From an uncultured Chloroflexia bacterium (GTDB taxonomy: Bacteria > Chloroflexota > Dormibacteria > Aeolococcales > Aeolococcaceae): 64,000 nt of DNA. Under the pieces are notes generated by a model. The model saw only the letters and a list, made by a program, of their open reading frames with translations, searched no databases and was not told the DNA's origin. Made by a program: the position numbers and the translations under genes. Positions 55,688 to 64,000 of the stretch are shown one piece after another (within the stretch, counting starts at the first letter, position 1; every line of letters begins with the position of its first letter). The stretch is from assembly GCA_963793875.1 (NCBI GenBank), contig CAWCBS010000007.1, forward strand, positions 23,489-87,488, in the 5' to 3' direction.

Positions 55688-56532
55688 CCACCGTCGTCAA
55701 GGTCGGCGGGAGCCTCGAGGTCGACGAGGCGGGTCCGCTGATCGCCGAGCTGGCCGGCTTCGACTCGCCCCTGGTGATCGTCCACGGCGCCCACCTCCAG
55801 CTCGACCGGCTGGCCACCGCACTCGGCCATCCAGCCCGGATGGTGACCTCGGCGCGCGGCGAGGTGACCCGCTACACCGATCGCCGGACCATGGACCACT
55901 TCCTGATGGCGTACTGCGGGCTGGTCAACAAGCGGTGGGTGGAGGCGCTGCGCCGCGAGGGCGCCGACGCGGTCGGGCTCTCGGCGATGGACGGCGGCAT
56001 CGCGACCGGCCGGCGCCGGCCCGATCTGCGCATCCTCGAGGCCGGCCGCCCCCGGATGCTCCACGGCAACCACGCGGGCGGCATCGAGCGCCTCGACCCC
56101 TCGCTGCTCCGGCTCCTCCTCGACAGCGGACGGCTCCCGGTGCTGAGCCCCCCGGCCATCTCCGACCAGGGCGAGGCGATCAACGTCGACGGTGATCGCC
56201 TGGCGGCGGAGGTGGCCATCGCGGTGGGCGCGGAGCGACTCGTGATCTTGATGAACGTGCCGGGGCTGCTCCGCGACCCCGCCGACCCCTCGACCCTGAT
56301 CCCGCGCCTCGGCCCCGAGCAGATCGAGACCCACCTCCCGCTGGCCCGGGGTCGGGCCAGGGTCAAGCTGCTGGCCGCCCGGCGGGCGCTGGAGGGCGGG
56401 GTGGTCGCGGTCGTCCTGGGCGACGGCCGGGGCGAGATGCCGCTCCGTCGCGTGCTGGAGGGGGCCGGGACCTGGATCAGGGACCGGGAAGGCAGGCCAC
56501 TGGCGTCGCGGGACCGGGACGCGGAAAAATAG
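55684..56532 (+). CDS. lysZ: [LysW]-aminoadipate kinase (LysZ, ArgB-like)
   Basis: VVKVGGSLEVDEAGPLIAELAG..., DGDRLAAEVAIAVGAERLVILMNVPGLL, MPLRRVLEG. Confidence 0.9.
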   Translation: MTTVVKVGGSLEVDEAGPLIAELAGFDSPLVIVHGAHLQLDRLATALGHPARMVTSARGEVTRYTDRRTMDHFLMAYCGLVNKRWVEALRREGADAVGLSAMDGGIATGRRRPDLRILEAGRPRMLHGNHAGGIERLDPSLLRLLLDSGRLPVLSPPAISDQGEAINVDGDRLAAEVAIAVGAERLVILMNVPGLLRDPADPSTLIPRLGPEQIETHLPLARGRARVKLLAARRALEGGVVAVVLGDGRGEMPLRRVLEGAGTWIRDREGRPLASRDRDAEK

Positions 56533-56630
56533 AGGCCTGTGAGCCCACACCCGATCACCCTCGGGGCGGTCGCCCATGACCAGGTCCGCCCCCCCTGCCC
56601 GCCCTGTTCCGGCCGCCCGGGAGGCCCGGC

Positions 56631-58613
56631 ATGACCGGCGACCGCGTCAGCCAGGCCCTCCAGCTGGTGGTCGCAGCGGCGTTCCTCCTGATCGGACTGC
56701 TCGCCCTGCGGGATTGGTGGCGGGGCGGCGAGCGCCGCCGCGGCTACCTGGCGCTGGCCCTGGGCTCGCTGGGGCTGGTGGCCCTCGCCGGCGGGCTGGA
56801 ATCCCTGGTCGGCAACCAGCCCCGCCTCGACGGGCTGCTGCTCGTGCTCTTCATGCTCTCTGCGGCGGGCCTGCTCCTGTACCGGGACTCGGTGCTGCGG
56901 CTGCCCGCCGGGGTGAGCATCCTGGCCGCCATCCTGCTGGTGGGCCCCACCGCCTTCATCCTGGTGGTCGGCATCCCGGCCTCCGCCAACCCGGCCGCCA
57001 CCACGCCGATCCGGAGCGCGGCCCTCGACCTCCTGCTGGTCGTCTGGTGCCTGGCGGTGGCGGAGCCGGCGTACCGGCTCTTCCGCTTCTCGAGCCGCCT
57101 CCCCTTGATCCAGCGGGCCCGGATGCGCTCCCTCGCCGCCGGGTACGCCGGGATCATGATGGTGGTCGTCCTCCTCCTGGTCGCCTACATCGCCGGGGTC
57201 GACAACCGGGTCGGCGTCGCCCTCCAGGCCTGCGCCCTGCTCTGCGTCCCCCCCCTCTACGTCGGCTTCGCCCCGCCGCGATGGCTGCGCAAGCGCTGGC
57301 GCCGGCCGGTGGAGGACCGGCTCCGCCGCGCCACCCACGACCTCCTGCTGTTCAGCCCGGACCGGACCACCCTGGCCAGTCGCGGCCTGGAGTGGGCCAT
57401 CCGGCTGGTGGGGGGAGCCTCCGGCCTGATCGCGGACGCGGGCGGTGACCTGCTGGCCATCGAGGGGCTCTCCGAGACCGAGGCTCGGGAGATCCTCGAG
57501 CTGCCGGAGCTGCGCCTTCCCGGGCACCTGATCCGGATCGGGAGGGGTGGGCGGACCGCGGTCGTGCACCGGCTGGCGGTGAGCTCGGGCACCGGATACC
57601 TGGTGGTGCTCGCCGGCTCGCTCTCGCCCTCCATCGAGGCCGAGGAGGCCGACTGGCTGAGCGGGTACGCCGCCGCCCTCTCGATCGCCCTGGACCGAGT
57701 GCGGGTCTCGGAGCTGCTGGCCCAGACCGCCGACGAGCTGCGCGCCGCCCGGGACATGGCGGAGGCGGCGAGCCGCGCCAAGAGCGAGTTCCTCTCCCGG
57801 GTGAGCCACGAGCTGCGCACCCCGCTCACCTCGATGATCGGCTTCGCCGAGCTGCTCCTCGGTCACCAGCTGAACGCCGAGCAGGAGCGCCACGTCCGCA
57901 CCATCCTGAGGGCGGGCGACCACCTCCTCGGCCTGGTCAACGAGATGCTGGACATCTCGCGGATCGAGGACGGCCGGGTCGCGCTCACCTCGGAGCCGGT
58001 GAGCGTCCAGCAGGTGGTGGCGGAGGTCGTCGACCTCACCCGGCCCATGGCCGGCGAGCTCAACACCAGGGTACGCGTGCCCAGGATCCCGGGATCGCTC
58101 TGGGTCACCGCCGACCGTCAGCGGCTCACCCAGGTCCTGCTCAACCTGGTCACCAACGCTATCAAGTACAACCGCCGGGACGGCCGGGTGGAGATCCGGG
58201 CCACCACCTCGGACGGGCGGTGCCGGGTCTGGGTGCGGGACGGCGGGATGGGACTGCGCCCCGAGGAGGTGGAGCGTCTGTTCACGCCGTTCGAGCGGCT
58301 CTCGGCCGCCGCCTCCGCCGTCGAGGGCACGGGGTTGGGGCTCGCCCTCTCCAAGTCGCTGACCGAGGCGATGGGCGGCAGCATCGGGGTGGAGAGCGTG
58401 CTCGGCAAGGGGAGCACCTTCTGGGTGGAGCTGCCCCGGGCGGCACCGGCCGAGCTGGCGGTCGGCGGGGACGTGGGTCCCGGGATCTCGCTGGCGGGGA
58501 GCGCCGCCGGCGCGAGTGGCGGCATCGACCCTGCCGGCGCGGGTCGCGCCGTGGCTGATGACGCGGCTCCGGAGGGGGCGATGGCCGGGGAGGGGGCCGC
58601 CTCCACGACCTGA
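56631..58613 (+). CDS. membrane-anchored sensor histidine kinase
   Basis: Multiple TMs; HisKA FLSRVSHELRTPLTSMIGFAELL; HATPase NLVTNAIKYN...GTGLGLALSKSL. Confidence 0.92.
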   Translation: MTGDRVSQALQLVVAAAFLLIGLLALRDWWRGGERRRGYLALALGSLGLVALAGGLESLVGNQPRLDGLLLVLFMLSAAGLLLYRDSVLRLPAGVSILAAILLVGPTAFILVVGIPASANPAATTPIRSAALDLLLVVWCLAVAEPAYRLFRFSSRLPLIQRARMRSLAAGYAGIMMVVVLLLVAYIAGVDNRVGVALQACALLCVPPLYVGFAPPRWLRKRWRRPVEDRLRRATHDLLLFSPDRTTLASRGLEWAIRLVGGASGLIADAGGDLLAIEGLSETEAREILELPELRLPGHLIRIGRGGRTAVVHRLAVSSGTGYLVVLAGSLSPSIEAEEADWLSGYAAALSIALDRVRVSELLAQTADELRAARDMAEAASRAKSEFLSRVSHELRTPLTSMIGFAELLLGHQLNAEQERHVRTILRAGDHLLGLVNEMLDISRIEDGRVALTSEPVSVQQVVAEVVDLTRPMAGELNTRVRVPRIPGSLWVTADRQRLTQVLLNLVTNAIKYNRRDGRVEIRATTSDGRCRVWVRDGGMGLRPEEVERLFTPFERLSAAASAVEGTGLGLALSKSLTEAMGGSIGVESVLGKGSTFWVELPRAAPAELAVGGDVGPGISLAGSAAGASGGIDPAGAGRAVADDAAPEGAMAGEGAASTT

Positions 58614-58632
58614 CGGCCGGCGGAGCGCGGGC

Positions 58633-60147
58633 TCAGGTCGCCCCCGGCAGGGTCCCCGTCTGGGCCATGGTCGCGACCGTCAGCACCAGCACCACGAACA
58701 CGCCGAGCACCAGGGTGCCGGCCGCGCTCACCAGCAGCACCGCGCTCCCGGCCCGCCCGGTGCGGGGCCATGCGTATGCGGGCTGGTCCTCGGCCGGTCG
58801 CTGGAACATGATCAGGGTCACCCGCAGGTAGTAGAAGACCGAGACCGCGCTGGTGGCAATCCCCCAGAGCGCGAGCGCCACGTTGTGGCCCTGGATGGCC
58901 GCGGCGAAGACGAGGAACTTGCCGATGAATCCGGCGGTGGGCGGGAACCCCGCCAGCGAGAGCAGGAAGAAGCCCATCGCCGCCGCCACGTAGGGCCTCC
59001 GGTACCAGAGCCCGCGCAGGTTGTCGTAGCGGTCCAGGTCCTCGCCCCGGCCGCTCATCACCGTGACCACGGCGAAGGCACCGAGGTTGGTGAGCGCGTA
59101 GGCGGCGAGGTAGTAGAGGGCACCCTGGACCCCGAGCGGGGTGCCCGCCCCCACCGCGACCCCGATCAGGATGTAGCCGGCCTGGGCGATCCCCGAGTAG
59201 GCGAGCATCCGCTTGACGCTCGTCTGGGTGAGCGCGGCCAGGTTGCCGATCACCATCGAGAGGATGGCGACGGCGATCACCACCGCGCTCCAGTGGCTGA
59301 CGTAGGAGGCGAAGGTGTCGTCGAAGAGCCGGACCATGACCACGAAGGCGGCCACCTTGGTGGCCACGCTCATGAAGGTGGTCACCGAGGTCGGCGCGCC
59401 CTGGTAGACGTCGGGGGTCCAGGCGTGGAAGGGCGCGGCGCTGACCTTGAAGGCGAGCCCGACGAACACCAGGATGATCCCGCCCACCAGGAGCGGGTCC
59501 ACGGGCACGGAGCGGGTCATGGCGGTGGCGATCTGGGCGAGCTGGGTGTGCCCGGTCTCGCCGTACACCAGCGCCATCCCGAAGAGCAGGAAGGCGGAGG
59601 CAAAGGAGCCGAGCAGCAGGTACTTGACCGCGGCCTCCTGGGAGCGCTCCTCCTGGCGGGAGAAACCGCTCAGGATGTAGAGCGAGATGGAGAGCAGCTC
59701 GACGGCGAGGAAGATGACCATCAGGCTGGTGGCGCCGGCCAGCAGCATCATCCCCGCAGTCGCCGCCATCACCAGCGCGTAGTACTCGCCGTTGTGGAGG
59801 CGGCGCCGGGTGAGGTACCCGGGGCTGATCACGACGGTGAGCAGCGAGGTGACCAGGATCACGCAGTTGGCGAACACCGCCAGCCGGTCGTAGGCGAAGG
59901 CGCCGAAGAAGACGGTGCGGCCGGACGGTCCGGCGTCATACCAGCCCCAGACGCTCACCGCCAGGGCGGCGACCAGCACCGCGCCGCTGAAGACGGCGAG
60001 CCAGGTGCGGCGGGCCGGAGGCACCACCAGGTCGAGCAGCATCAGGGCGACGAAGCCGCCCGCGACGATGATCTCGGGGAGCAGGCCTAGCAGGTCGTGC
60101 CATCCCGGCGTGGCGGTGGCGAGCGGCAGCGCCGCCAGCGCGTTCAC
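58633..60147 (-). CDS. nuoN: NADH-quinone oxidoreductase subunit N
   Basis: 504 aa; proton-pump TM signatures and operon context. Confidence 0.93.
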   Translation of the reverse strand: MNALAALPLATATPGWHDLLGLLPEIIVAGGFVALMLLDLVVPPARRTWLAVFSGAVLVAALAVSVWGWYDAGPSGRTVFFGAFAYDRLAVFANCVILVTSLLTVVISPGYLTRRRLHNGEYYALVMAATAGMMLLAGATSLMVIFLAVELLSISLYILSGFSRQEERSQEAAVKYLLLGSFASAFLLFGMALVYGETGHTQLAQIATAMTRSVPVDPLLVGGIILVFVGLAFKVSAAPFHAWTPDVYQGAPTSVTTFMSVATKVAAFVVMVRLFDDTFASYVSHWSAVVIAVAILSMVIGNLAALTQTSVKRMLAYSGIAQAGYILIGVAVGAGTPLGVQGALYYLAAYALTNLGAFAVVTVMSGRGEDLDRYDNLRGLWYRRPYVAAAMGFFLLSLAGFPPTAGFIGKFLVFAAAIQGHNVALALWGIATSAVSVFYYLRVTLIMFQRPAEDQPAYAWPRTGRAGSAVLLVSAAGTLVLGVFVVLVLTVATMAQTGTLPGAT

Positions 60148-61742
60148 GGCGTGGCCCCCGGCGAGGGGCCGATCGCCGCCACCGGTGGCATGGTGGTGAC
60201 CCCGCTGGCGTCGGCCAGGCTCACGTAGCCCGGCACCGCCTGCGCGGTGACCGCGCCGACCGGGTGCGGGAAGACCCCGAGGAAGACGATCAGCGCGGCG
60301 AGCGGCGCCAGCACCAGGCCGTCGCGCAGGCGCAGGTCGCTCACCCTCTCGGTGCCCGGCCTGACCGGCCCGTGCATGATCCCCTGGTGCATGCGGAGCA
60401 TGTACCAGCTGGCGAGCAGCACGCCCATCCCGGCGAGCACCGCCAGCAGCCAGAAGTACTGGAAGGCCCCCAGCATGATGGTGATCTCACCGACGAAGCC
60501 GTTGGTCCCGGGCAGCCCGAGGCTGCCCAGGGTGATCACCATGAAGAGGAAGTAGAGCCAGGGCATCCGCTTCTCGAGCCCGCCCAGCTCGCGGATGTCG
60601 CGGGTCCCGGTGCGAGCCTCCACCACCCCGACCACCAGGAAGAGCCCGGCGATGATGATGCCGTGGTTGACGATCTGGATCACCGCCCCGTTGATCCCGT
60701 TCTGATCGAGGCTGAAGATGCCGAGCGCGATGAAGCTGAGGTGGGAGAGGCTGGCGTAGGCGACGATCCGCTTGAGGTCGGTCTGGCTCAGGGCCATCAG
60801 CGCCCCGTAGAGGATGCCGAGGACGGCCAGTGCCACCAGCAGCGGCTGGAGCTGGTGGGCCTGAGGTCCGAAGAGGGTGATCGCGTAGCGGATGAAGCCG
60901 TACGCCCCCATCTTGCTGACCACCCCGGCGAAGAACACCAGGGCCGGGGTCGGCGCCGACTCGTAGAGGTCGGGCAGCCAGGTGTGGAAGGGAACGAGCG
61001 GCAGCTTGATCGCGAAGGCGAGCGCGAAGGCGAGGAAAGCGAACATCGCCGGGGTGAGGGTCGGCACCGTGGTGAAGGGCAGTGGCACCCCGCTCTGGGC
61101 CGGCGTGGGGGTGGCGAGCAGCACCTCCAGGTCGAAGCTGTTGTGCCCCGCGGCGAGGGCCTGGAAGTGCAGGTAGATGATGGCGAGCAGCATCAGCAGG
61201 CTGCCGGCCACGGTATAGATGACGAACTTGAGCGTGGCTCGGCCCCGGTTCTCGTTGCCGTAGAAGGCGAGCAGGAAGTAGAGGGGGATCAGCATCCCCT
61301 CCCAGAAGAGGTAGAAGAGGAGCACGTCGAGGCTGACCAGGACCCCGGTGGTGGCCGCCTCGGCGAGCAGCAGCAGGCCGCAGAAGAGCTTCATCCGCTC
61401 GGTGGAGCGGCGCGGCACCACCACCGCGCCGAGCAGGAAGACACCGGCGTTGAGGGCGAGGATCCAGGCCGAGACGCCGTCCACGCCGAGGTGGTACGAG
61501 GCGCCGACGGCGGGTATCCAGCCGGCCTGCTCGACGAGGTGCATCGGCAGCGGCCCGCCGCCGTCGGCAGCGCCAGTCGCCACCGCGGAGACGATCATCC
61601 CGACTAGCACCGCCTCCACCGTCGCGAAGGCGACGGTGACGGCCTTGATCGCGCCGGCGGCCCGACCCGGGATGACCTGGAGCACCATGGCCCCGGCGAC
61701 CGGGAGCACGACCGCGGCGGTGAGCCAGGGGAACCCGCTCAT
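60144..61742 (-). CDS. nuoM: NADH-quinone oxidoreductase subunit M
   Basis: 532 aa; KLPLVPFHTWLPDLYESAPTPALVFFAG. Confidence 0.94.
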   Translation of the reverse strand: MSGFPWLTAAVVLPVAGAMVLQVIPGRAAGAIKAVTVAFATVEAVLVGMIVSAVATGAADGGGPLPMHLVEQAGWIPAVGASYHLGVDGVSAWILALNAGVFLLGAVVVPRRSTERMKLFCGLLLLAEAATTGVLVSLDVLLFYLFWEGMLIPLYFLLAFYGNENRGRATLKFVIYTVAGSLLMLLAIIYLHFQALAAGHNSFDLEVLLATPTPAQSGVPLPFTTVPTLTPAMFAFLAFALAFAIKLPLVPFHTWLPDLYESAPTPALVFFAGVVSKMGAYGFIRYAITLFGPQAHQLQPLLVALAVLGILYGALMALSQTDLKRIVAYASLSHLSFIALGIFSLDQNGINGAVIQIVNHGIIIAGLFLVVGVVEARTGTRDIRELGGLEKRMPWLYFLFMVITLGSLGLPGTNGFVGEITIMLGAFQYFWLLAVLAGMGVLLASWYMLRMHQGIMHGPVRPGTERVSDLRLRDGLVLAPLAALIVFLGVFPHPVGAVTAQAVPGYVSLADASGVTTMPPVAAIGPSPGATP

Positions 61743-61770
61743 GCCGGCTGCCTCACGACGGTCGTGGGGG

Positions 61771-63777
61771 TCATTTCGCGATCCCCGCGGCCACCATCAC
61801 GGCGATGGTGAAGATCAGCACGAAGAGCACCATGTAGGAGGCGTAGTCGCGGATCAGCCCCGTCTGAGCGCTCCGGAAGGCGGCGCTGAAGTCGGTGGCG
61901 ACGCCGGAGACGCCCTTGATCCAGCTGTCCATCACCGGGTCTCCGACCCGGCGCAGCCCGCGAGCCAGGGCCCGGGTGGGCCGGACCAGGAGGGCGTCGT
62001 AGAGCTCGTCGAAGTACAGCTTGTGGAAGGAGAGCCGGGGCAGCAGGCGCAGCCCGGGGCGGGCCAGGGCGCGCGAGGGGTCGAGGTCGCGGCGCACCCA
62101 GATCCGGAGCGCGAGCCCGATCCCGATCAGGCTGCAGACCAGGCCGATGAAGAAGCCGATCAGCCCCAGGCCGGTGTTCGGCTCCTTGGCGATCGCGCTC
62201 CCGGCGCTCGTGAAGACCGGGTTGAGGAAGGCGTCGATGAGGTGGGGGCCGAAGGCGACCGGCCACTGCAGCGCCCAGCCCGCGAGCGCCGAGAGACCGG
62301 CCAGGATGACCACGGGCCACAGCATCACCGAGCGGGCCTCGTGCGCCTCGCGGGCACGGTCGGAGTTCGGCTCGCCCCGGAAGACCCGGCCGTAGAGACG
62401 GAAGGCGTAGAGGCCGGTGAGCACGTTGACGCCGATGCCGACGATGTAGAGCGCCGGTGAGCCGGGGCCGTTGATCAGGCCGAAGCCGAGCAGGTCCTCC
62501 TTGGAGAACATGCCCGCAAAGAGGAAGCCGGCCAGGGCCAGCGAGCCGACCAGGAAGCTCCAGGCGGTGACCCGCATCCGGGAGTCGAGGCCGCCCATCT
62601 CGCGGATGTCCTGCTCGTCGTGGACGGCGTGGATCACGTTGCCGGCGGCGAGGAAGAGGAGCGCCTTGAAGAAGGCGTGGAGCAGGAACTGGTACATCCC
62701 GGCGGCGTAGGCGCCGATCCCCACCGCGAAGATCATCAGCCCGATCTGGGACATCGTGGAGTAGGCGATCACCCGCTTGATGTCGATCTGGGAGAGGGCG
62801 ATGAAGCCGGCCATGACCGCCGTGCCCATGCCCACGCAGGCGACCATCCCCGAGGCGATCGGTGCCAGGTCGAAGAGGGCGTGGAAGCGGGCGATCAGGT
62901 AGACGCCGGCGGTCACCATGGTGGCGGCGTGGATCAGGGCCGAGACCGGGGTGGGGCCCTCCATGGCGTCGGGCAGCCAGGTGTGGAGGGGGAACTGGGC
63001 GCTCTTGGCGAAGGCCGCGACCGCCAGCAGAATGCAGATCAGGGTGATCAGTGGGCTGCCCGCGCCCAGCGAGGAGGCGTGGGCGAAGATCTGGGGCAGG
63101 CTCAGGGTGTGCAGGGCCTGGACTTCCTCCCCGCACCCGGAGCTGGGCGGACAAACCGGAACCACCGCAGTCAGGTTGACGAAGATCAGGAAGCCGGCGA
63201 TCACCAGGGCCACGTCGCCGATCACCTGGGTGATGAACGCCTTGCGGGCGGCCAGCACCGCGCTCTCACGCGCGTACCAGAAGCCGATCAGCAGGTAGCT
63301 GGAGAGCGCCACCGCCGCCCAGCCGATGATCAGGATCACCAGGTTGGCGGCCAGCACCAGCAGGGCCATCGAGAAGATGAAGAAGTTCATGTAGCTGAAG
63401 AAGCGCGCCACCCCCTCGTCGTGCTCCATGTAGCCGACCGAGTAGACGTGGATCAGCAGCCCCACCCCGGTGATGACCAGCAGCATCAGCACCGAGAGCG
63501 GGTCGACGGTGACGTCGACCGAGACATTGAGGTTGCCCGAGCCGAGGTTGAGCCAGTTCCAGAGGGTCGCGGTCGTCGACTGATGACCCGAGGCCGCGCC
63601 CAGGACCTCCACGAAGATGACCAGGGTGACCACGAAGGCGGCCCCGATCGAGAGGGTGCCGGCGAGGTTGACGAAGCGGCGGCCGAGCACCGGCCCGAGC
63701 AGTCCGCAGAGCGCGCTGCCCAGGAGCGGGAAGAGCAGCACCAGCCCGGCGAGCAGGGCGGCGGTCGAGGTGCTCAT
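61771..63777 (-). CDS. nuoL: NADH-quinone oxidoreductase subunit L
   Basis: 668 aa; AQFPLHTWLPDAMEGPTPVSALIHAATMVTAG. Confidence 0.95.
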   Translation of the reverse strand: MSTSTAALLAGLVLLFPLLGSALCGLLGPVLGRRFVNLAGTLSIGAAFVVTLVIFVEVLGAASGHQSTTATLWNWLNLGSGNLNVSVDVTVDPLSVLMLLVITGVGLLIHVYSVGYMEHDEGVARFFSYMNFFIFSMALLVLAANLVILIIGWAAVALSSYLLIGFWYARESAVLAARKAFITQVIGDVALVIAGFLIFVNLTAVVPVCPPSSGCGEEVQALHTLSLPQIFAHASSLGAGSPLITLICILLAVAAFAKSAQFPLHTWLPDAMEGPTPVSALIHAATMVTAGVYLIARFHALFDLAPIASGMVACVGMGTAVMAGFIALSQIDIKRVIAYSTMSQIGLMIFAVGIGAYAAGMYQFLLHAFFKALLFLAAGNVIHAVHDEQDIREMGGLDSRMRVTAWSFLVGSLALAGFLFAGMFSKEDLLGFGLINGPGSPALYIVGIGVNVLTGLYAFRLYGRVFRGEPNSDRAREAHEARSVMLWPVVILAGLSALAGWALQWPVAFGPHLIDAFLNPVFTSAGSAIAKEPNTGLGLIGFFIGLVCSLIGIGLALRIWVRRDLDPSRALARPGLRLLPRLSFHKLYFDELYDALLVRPTRALARGLRRVGDPVMDSWIKGVSGVATDFSAAFRSAQTGLIRDYASYMVLFVLIFTIAVMVAAGIAK

Positions 63778-63790
63778 CGGCGCGTCGCCC

Positions 63791-64000
63791 TCATCGCTTC
63801 ATCTCATCGAGGTCGTCGACGTCCAGCTCTCGGCCGATGCTGAAGACCCGGGTCAGCAGCCCGAGCCCGACCACCACCTCGGCGGCGGCCACCACGATCA
63901 CCATGAAGGCGAAGACCTGCCCCTCCTCGCTGCTGAGGAAGTTGGAGTAGCCGACCAGGGCCAGGTTGACCGCGTTGAGCATCAGCTCGATGCACATGAA
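63791..64000 (-). CDS. nuoK: NADH-quinone oxidoreductase subunit K, partial (runs off window)
   Basis: MCIELMLNAVNLALVGYS...EGQVFAFMVIVVAAAEVVVGLGLL. Confidence 0.92.
   Translation of the reverse strand, partial: FMCIELMLNAVNLALVGYSNFLSSEEGQVFAFMVIVVAAAEVVVGLGLLTRVFSIGRELDVDDLDEMKR

Overview
This is a high-GC bacterial chromosomal window. The lineage cannot be proved from sequence; an actinobacterial, Chloroflexota or Dormibacterota-like host is my guess. It has two parts. (1) About 0-14 kb is a degraded accessory island. It contains four direct copies of a ~110-170 bp non-coding repeat, two of which run into a tRNA-Arg(TCT)-like 3' half. It also contains a tRNA-Gly(TCC)-like 3' fragment and three IS elements with resolvable ends: an IS1380-family element, and an IS21-family element nested inside the terminal repeat of an IS30-family element. 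Cargo includes a truncated MFS gene, a partial HigB-like toxin with an XRE antitoxin, and a class II-type Fic protein. (2) About 14-64 kb is mostly ordinary chromosome: transport and metabolic genes, an ECF sigma/anti-sigma pair, signalling proteins, a partial Tad/Flp pilus set, a LysW-dependent alpha-aminoadipate lysine cluster (homoisocitrate dehydrogenase, homocitrate synthase, homoaconitase large and small subunits, LysW, LysX, LysK, LysY, LysZ), and the 3' end of a nuo operon (nuoK-L-M-N). The strongest new-looking signals are: (a) a consensus-like promoter, an apparently leaderless 25-codon ORF with four Lys codons (three AAA), and a 12-bp-stem terminator directly upstream of the lysine cluster, i.e. 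a candidate lysine attenuator; (b) the repeat/tRNA-fragment array; (c) a 50-bp motif (40/50 identity) upstream of both an ECF sigma gene and a nearby operon, i.e. a candidate ECF promoter; (d) a dispersed family of CWAVG/FCxAVG repeat secreted proteins with broken members; and (e) an unassigned 508-aa protein.
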